Shown here in pieces: positions 62,701 to 64,000 of a stretch of 64,000 nt of DNA. Both the position numbers and the translations under genes were made by a program. Origin of the DNA: Rhodoferax sp. GTDB taxonomy: Bacteria > Pseudomonadota > Gammaproteobacteria > Burkholderiales > Burkholderiaceae_C. Within the stretch, counting starts at the first letter, position 1, and the number at the start of each line of letters is the position of its first letter. The notes beneath the pieces were generated by a model that worked only from the letters and a program-made list of their open reading frames with translations, was not told the DNA's origin and did no database searches. The stretch lies in assembly GCA_036835225.1 (NCBI GenBank), contig DAITMI010000002.1, forward strand, positions 479 through 64,478, read 5' to 3'.

Positions 62701-63283
62701 CCTCATCCGCATGCGCTTGCCAGCCTTGCGGGTCGGCGGCTTTGGCGGGGCCGCGGCTGCGCAGGCCATCGGCCAGGGTGGAAAAACTTTTGGCGGCGGC
62801 TTCGGTGATGTCGCGGCTGGTCTTTTTGGGGCGAAAACTCTCGGGGTCGGTCCACAGTCGTCGTAGCAACGCCTGCTTGTTCGGCTGGTCCAGCTCGTGC
62901 AGCAGCACGGTGTGCACTTCAGACGGATGGCCGTTGAACTGGGTGTGGATGCGGGTGGTGAGGCGGTCGCACACCACCAGCAGCGGCGGATTGGACAGCG
63001 CCAGGCTGTAGGTCAGCAGCTGCTTGAGCGCGGTGTCCAGGTTGCGGCCGGGCGCCTTGTTTTCCCAGGCGAAGTGGTTGCGCTTGAACACGTCGGCATA
63101 GCCGCGTGCCTCGCCCAGCAGCAGGGTGTCCTGCTCAAAGATGTAGTCGCCGTCGCTGCCCGGCGTGGGCACGCCCAGCAACTGGCACAGGTCCATGAAG
63201 TGGGGCTGCGCGCCCTGGCGTTCGTTGAGCTCATAAGCGGGGCCGCCGGGGCCCCATTTGGCGATGAATTCTTGGGCGGTCAT
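59768..63283 (-). CDS. MmeI-like (Type IIL/IIG) restriction-modification enzyme / N6-adenine DNA methyltransferase
   Basis: N-terminal GYAD...ENK nuclease-like motif, GAHYT, DPACGSGNFL (motif I), GNPPF (motif IV), TRD, RYTPTTCFETFPFP, RTLTKLYN; start at MTAQEF. Confidence 0.9.
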   Translation of the reverse strand: MTAQEFIAKWGPGGPAYELNERQGAQPHFMDLCQLLGVPTPGSDGDYIFEQDTLLLGEARGYADVFKRNHFAWENKAPGRNLDTALKQLLTYSLALSNPPLLVVCDRLTTRIHTQFNGHPSEVHTVLLHELDQPNKQALLRRLWTDPESFRPKKTSRDITEAAAKSFSTLADGLRSRGPAKAADPQGWQAHADEVAHFLTQCLFCFFAEDVRLLPGRMFEGLVNNKNLTSDKLTAGLTNLFTVMRKGGLYGNDDIPWFNGGLFKKVKVPLLSIMEVTELRNAAALNWSAIDVSIFGTLFERGLDPSKRSQLGAHYTDPATILRIVEPVLTRPLLQKWELVAQEIRGLMAKSTKKRRGAYSAGGRHFKASAGDAAFQKAEDLFHGWLADLKDYCVLDPACGSGNFLFLGLKALKDIEHKSHLDAAALGLDRQADLVTGPHNVLGIELNEYAAELARVTVWIGELQWRIEHGYEFKTNPVLEPLDHIECRDALLTFLPGPACASVRPALVEGVGSDSGSVGADSGARAGQTPGAHALRSLKSPPTSAPPTPRSDLGERGDAGAASAAEQEMGSDRDFAQQNSGSDPVSCVASEAAWPRASVVIGNPPFLGVSRKRRELGEDYTRALDAIYAPGVPGGADLVCYWFAKALKAIETNGLGAAGLVATNSIRGGANRKVLQAITERSRIYSAWSDEGWVNEGAAVRVSLICFGHGDGAELNGALVPQIYADLTAPTTTGELLDVSQAHTLTANLKASFQGASKKAKFEIDAQLARDWLRQPNPHGRPNSDVLKPWANGFELSRGPQHQWIIDFGLELTESESALYESPFSYAVAVVKPERLKNNREAYRKYWWRFAEPRPGLRAAFKPLPRFIATVAHSKHRFFVWLPVTTSPDQALITVARADDTTLGLLHSRFHELWSLRMGTSIGVGNDPRYTPTTCFETFPFPAGLTPADTAHQRTETLQGGAVIPAELFEQNQPLAPVSIAQIAIKNRATTTTPSPTLQAGLAQGVGAISKSEAYEPPPPAPARPGEPSAQPSQRNAQPSEPTARASQRTTPRGVRENASAIAQAAKRLNDLREAWLNPTEWTERVPEVIPLGMDKSPYPDRILPKPGHDKDLAERTLTKLYNQRPAWLDAAHKALDAAVAQAYGWSDYTADMPDEEILKRLLALNLARAS
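60125..60208 (-). repeat. Four degenerate 21-nt tandem units in RM gene
   Basis: GEPSAQP SQRNAQP SEPTARA SQRTTPR. Confidence 0.65.
60210..60287 (-). repeat. Conserved-loop hairpin element, copy 1
   Basis: 27-bp stem around the 24-nt loop tcatacgcttcgctttttgaaatc. Confidence 0.8.
60317..60368 (-). repeat. Motif A copy 9 (inside RM gene)
   Basis: Reverse complement: tcagcctctagcccccgtatctattgcgcaaatagctataaaaaacagagcg. Confidence 0.8.
61532..61577. repeat. GGGGTC...GACCCC REP-like palindrome in RM gene
   Basis: ggggtcagagcccgagttttgctgcgcaaaatcgcgatccgacccc. Confidence 0.7.
61632..61721 (+). repeat. Conserved-loop hairpin element, copy 2
   Basis: 33-bp stem around the 24-nt loop gatttcaaggagcgaagcgcatga. 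Confidence 0.8.
61755..61779. repeat. CCTTCGACAAG..CAGGGCGAACGG REP-like half element in RM gene
   Basis: ccttcgacaagcgcagggcgaacgg, read as SVRPALVEG; recalled as a widespread proteobacterial repeat. Confidence 0.55.
62235..62286 (+). repeat. Motif A copy 10 (inside RM gene, third reading frame)
   Basis: ttggccatcagcccccgtatctcttgcgccaccagctcccatttttgtagca; 38/52 ungapped identity to copy 5. Confidence 0.75.
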
Positions 63284-63309
63284 GGTTGTTGCGTGGTGGG
63301 TGGAACGGC

Positions 63310-63624
63310 TCAATAGCCGCGAAGCAACATGTCCAAAGCGGTCTCGATTTGCAGCGCGTTCGGATTGGCCGAACCTGCACAATGGCGCAGTTCACTGACA
63401 AAGAATACGGCGATGCCCAGGGGATGCAATTGCAGGGCTTGCCCGTCAACCACGACGGTCGGATTGAAACGCTCGGTCAGGCCGGGAATGACGCCGGTGC
63501 GCACCAGCGGAACGCACACGCGCTCCGCGAAACGGTACAGCAGGTCGCTCTGAATTTCCAGCACGAAGGGAAAGTCTGCACGGTCTGGCGCGATAGGGTT
63601 GGGGTAGATGTCAAAACGGGCCAT
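63310..63624 (-). CDS. ccdB: CcdB family toxin
   Basis: MARFDIYPNP, VLEIQSDLL, RVCVPL, FNP, IETALDMLLRGY. Confidence 0.85.
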   Translation of the reverse strand: MARFDIYPNPIAPDRADFPFVLEIQSDLLYRFAERVCVPLVRTGVIPGLTERFNPTVVVDGQALQLHPLGIAVFFVSELRHCAGSANPNALQIETALDMLLRGY

Positions 63625-63627
63625 GGA

Positions 63628-63960
63628 TCAACGCGGGGTGGCCTCACCCTGGTCACCTTGCTCGCGCCAGCGACGCACGCGCTGGGAATACGGCTCGCGC
63701 TGGGTGGCCCAGGCGTTGTACTGTTCAATCTGCGCCGTGTTGGCCTGAGCCCACTCTTGCGCGGCTTGCCGGCCCGGCGTTTGCGGCGGCGGCGTTTGAC
63801 CGTACGCCGCTGGCGACTCTTGCACCGCATGGTCCGCCGGCACCACCTTCATGGGCCGCATGCTGATGCAGCCGTCAGGCTGAATATCGACTTCAAACAA
63901 CTGACCAGCATATTTTTTGCCCAGCGATATCTGGCCGCTGGCGCCGACTTCCTTGAGCAT
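63628..63960 (-). CDS. CcdA-like antitoxin with AbrB-like N-terminal domain
   Basis: KEVGASGQISLGKKY N-terminus; WAQANTAQIEQYN CcdA-type C-terminus; 3 nt before ccdB; AGGAG RBS. Confidence 0.7.
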   Translation of the reverse strand: MLKEVGASGQISLGKKYAGQLFEVDIQPDGCISMRPMKVVPADHAVQESPAAYGQTPPPQTPGRQAAQEWAQANTAQIEQYNAWATQREPYSQRVRRWREQGDQGEATPR

Positions 63961-64000
63961 GGCCATCTCCTGTTGTGCCTTCATGCCATCATGCCGCATG

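Overview
64-kb chromosomal window of a high-GC betaproteobacterium; the gene order and repeat families suggest Comamonadaceae, Rhodoferax-like (inference). From 1 to 39.5 kb it is conserved core: pdxJ-recO-era-rnc-DUF4845-lepB-lepA, degQ-rseB-rseA-rpoE, fab/acp/plsX/rpmF/yceD, maf, rluC/rne, hemCDXY, ppc, queED, algZR and argH. From about 39.6 to 52.4 kb it is a probable accessory block bracketed by two gene remnants: TPP riboswitch-thiC, cytochrome c, Cache-HAMP-PAS-GGDEF-EAL protein, stand-alone lipoamide dehydrogenase-like protein, an ABC exporter with no ATPase, and pfk. It is followed by lldD, a pat-like acetyltransferase, menA-like and dinB. The window ends in a defence-type cluster: CcdA-like/CcdB, a 1171-aa MmeI-like RM enzyme carrying in-frame repeat insertions, and a RelE/ParE-HTH pair. 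The most unusual signals are at DNA level: (i) a fixed-spacing ~52-bp motif seen 10 times, mostly inside genes and in three reading frames; (ii) an intergenic repeat encoding a mini-ORF that bridges an upstream stop and a downstream start by ATGA overlaps; (iii) two strand-specific hairpins with a shared loop inside the RM gene; (iv) an 11-bp-phased DnaA-box array and a uORF/terminator leader upstream of lepA. No tRNA, rRNA, CRISPR array, transposase or integrase was seen. All calls are by eye, without database searches.
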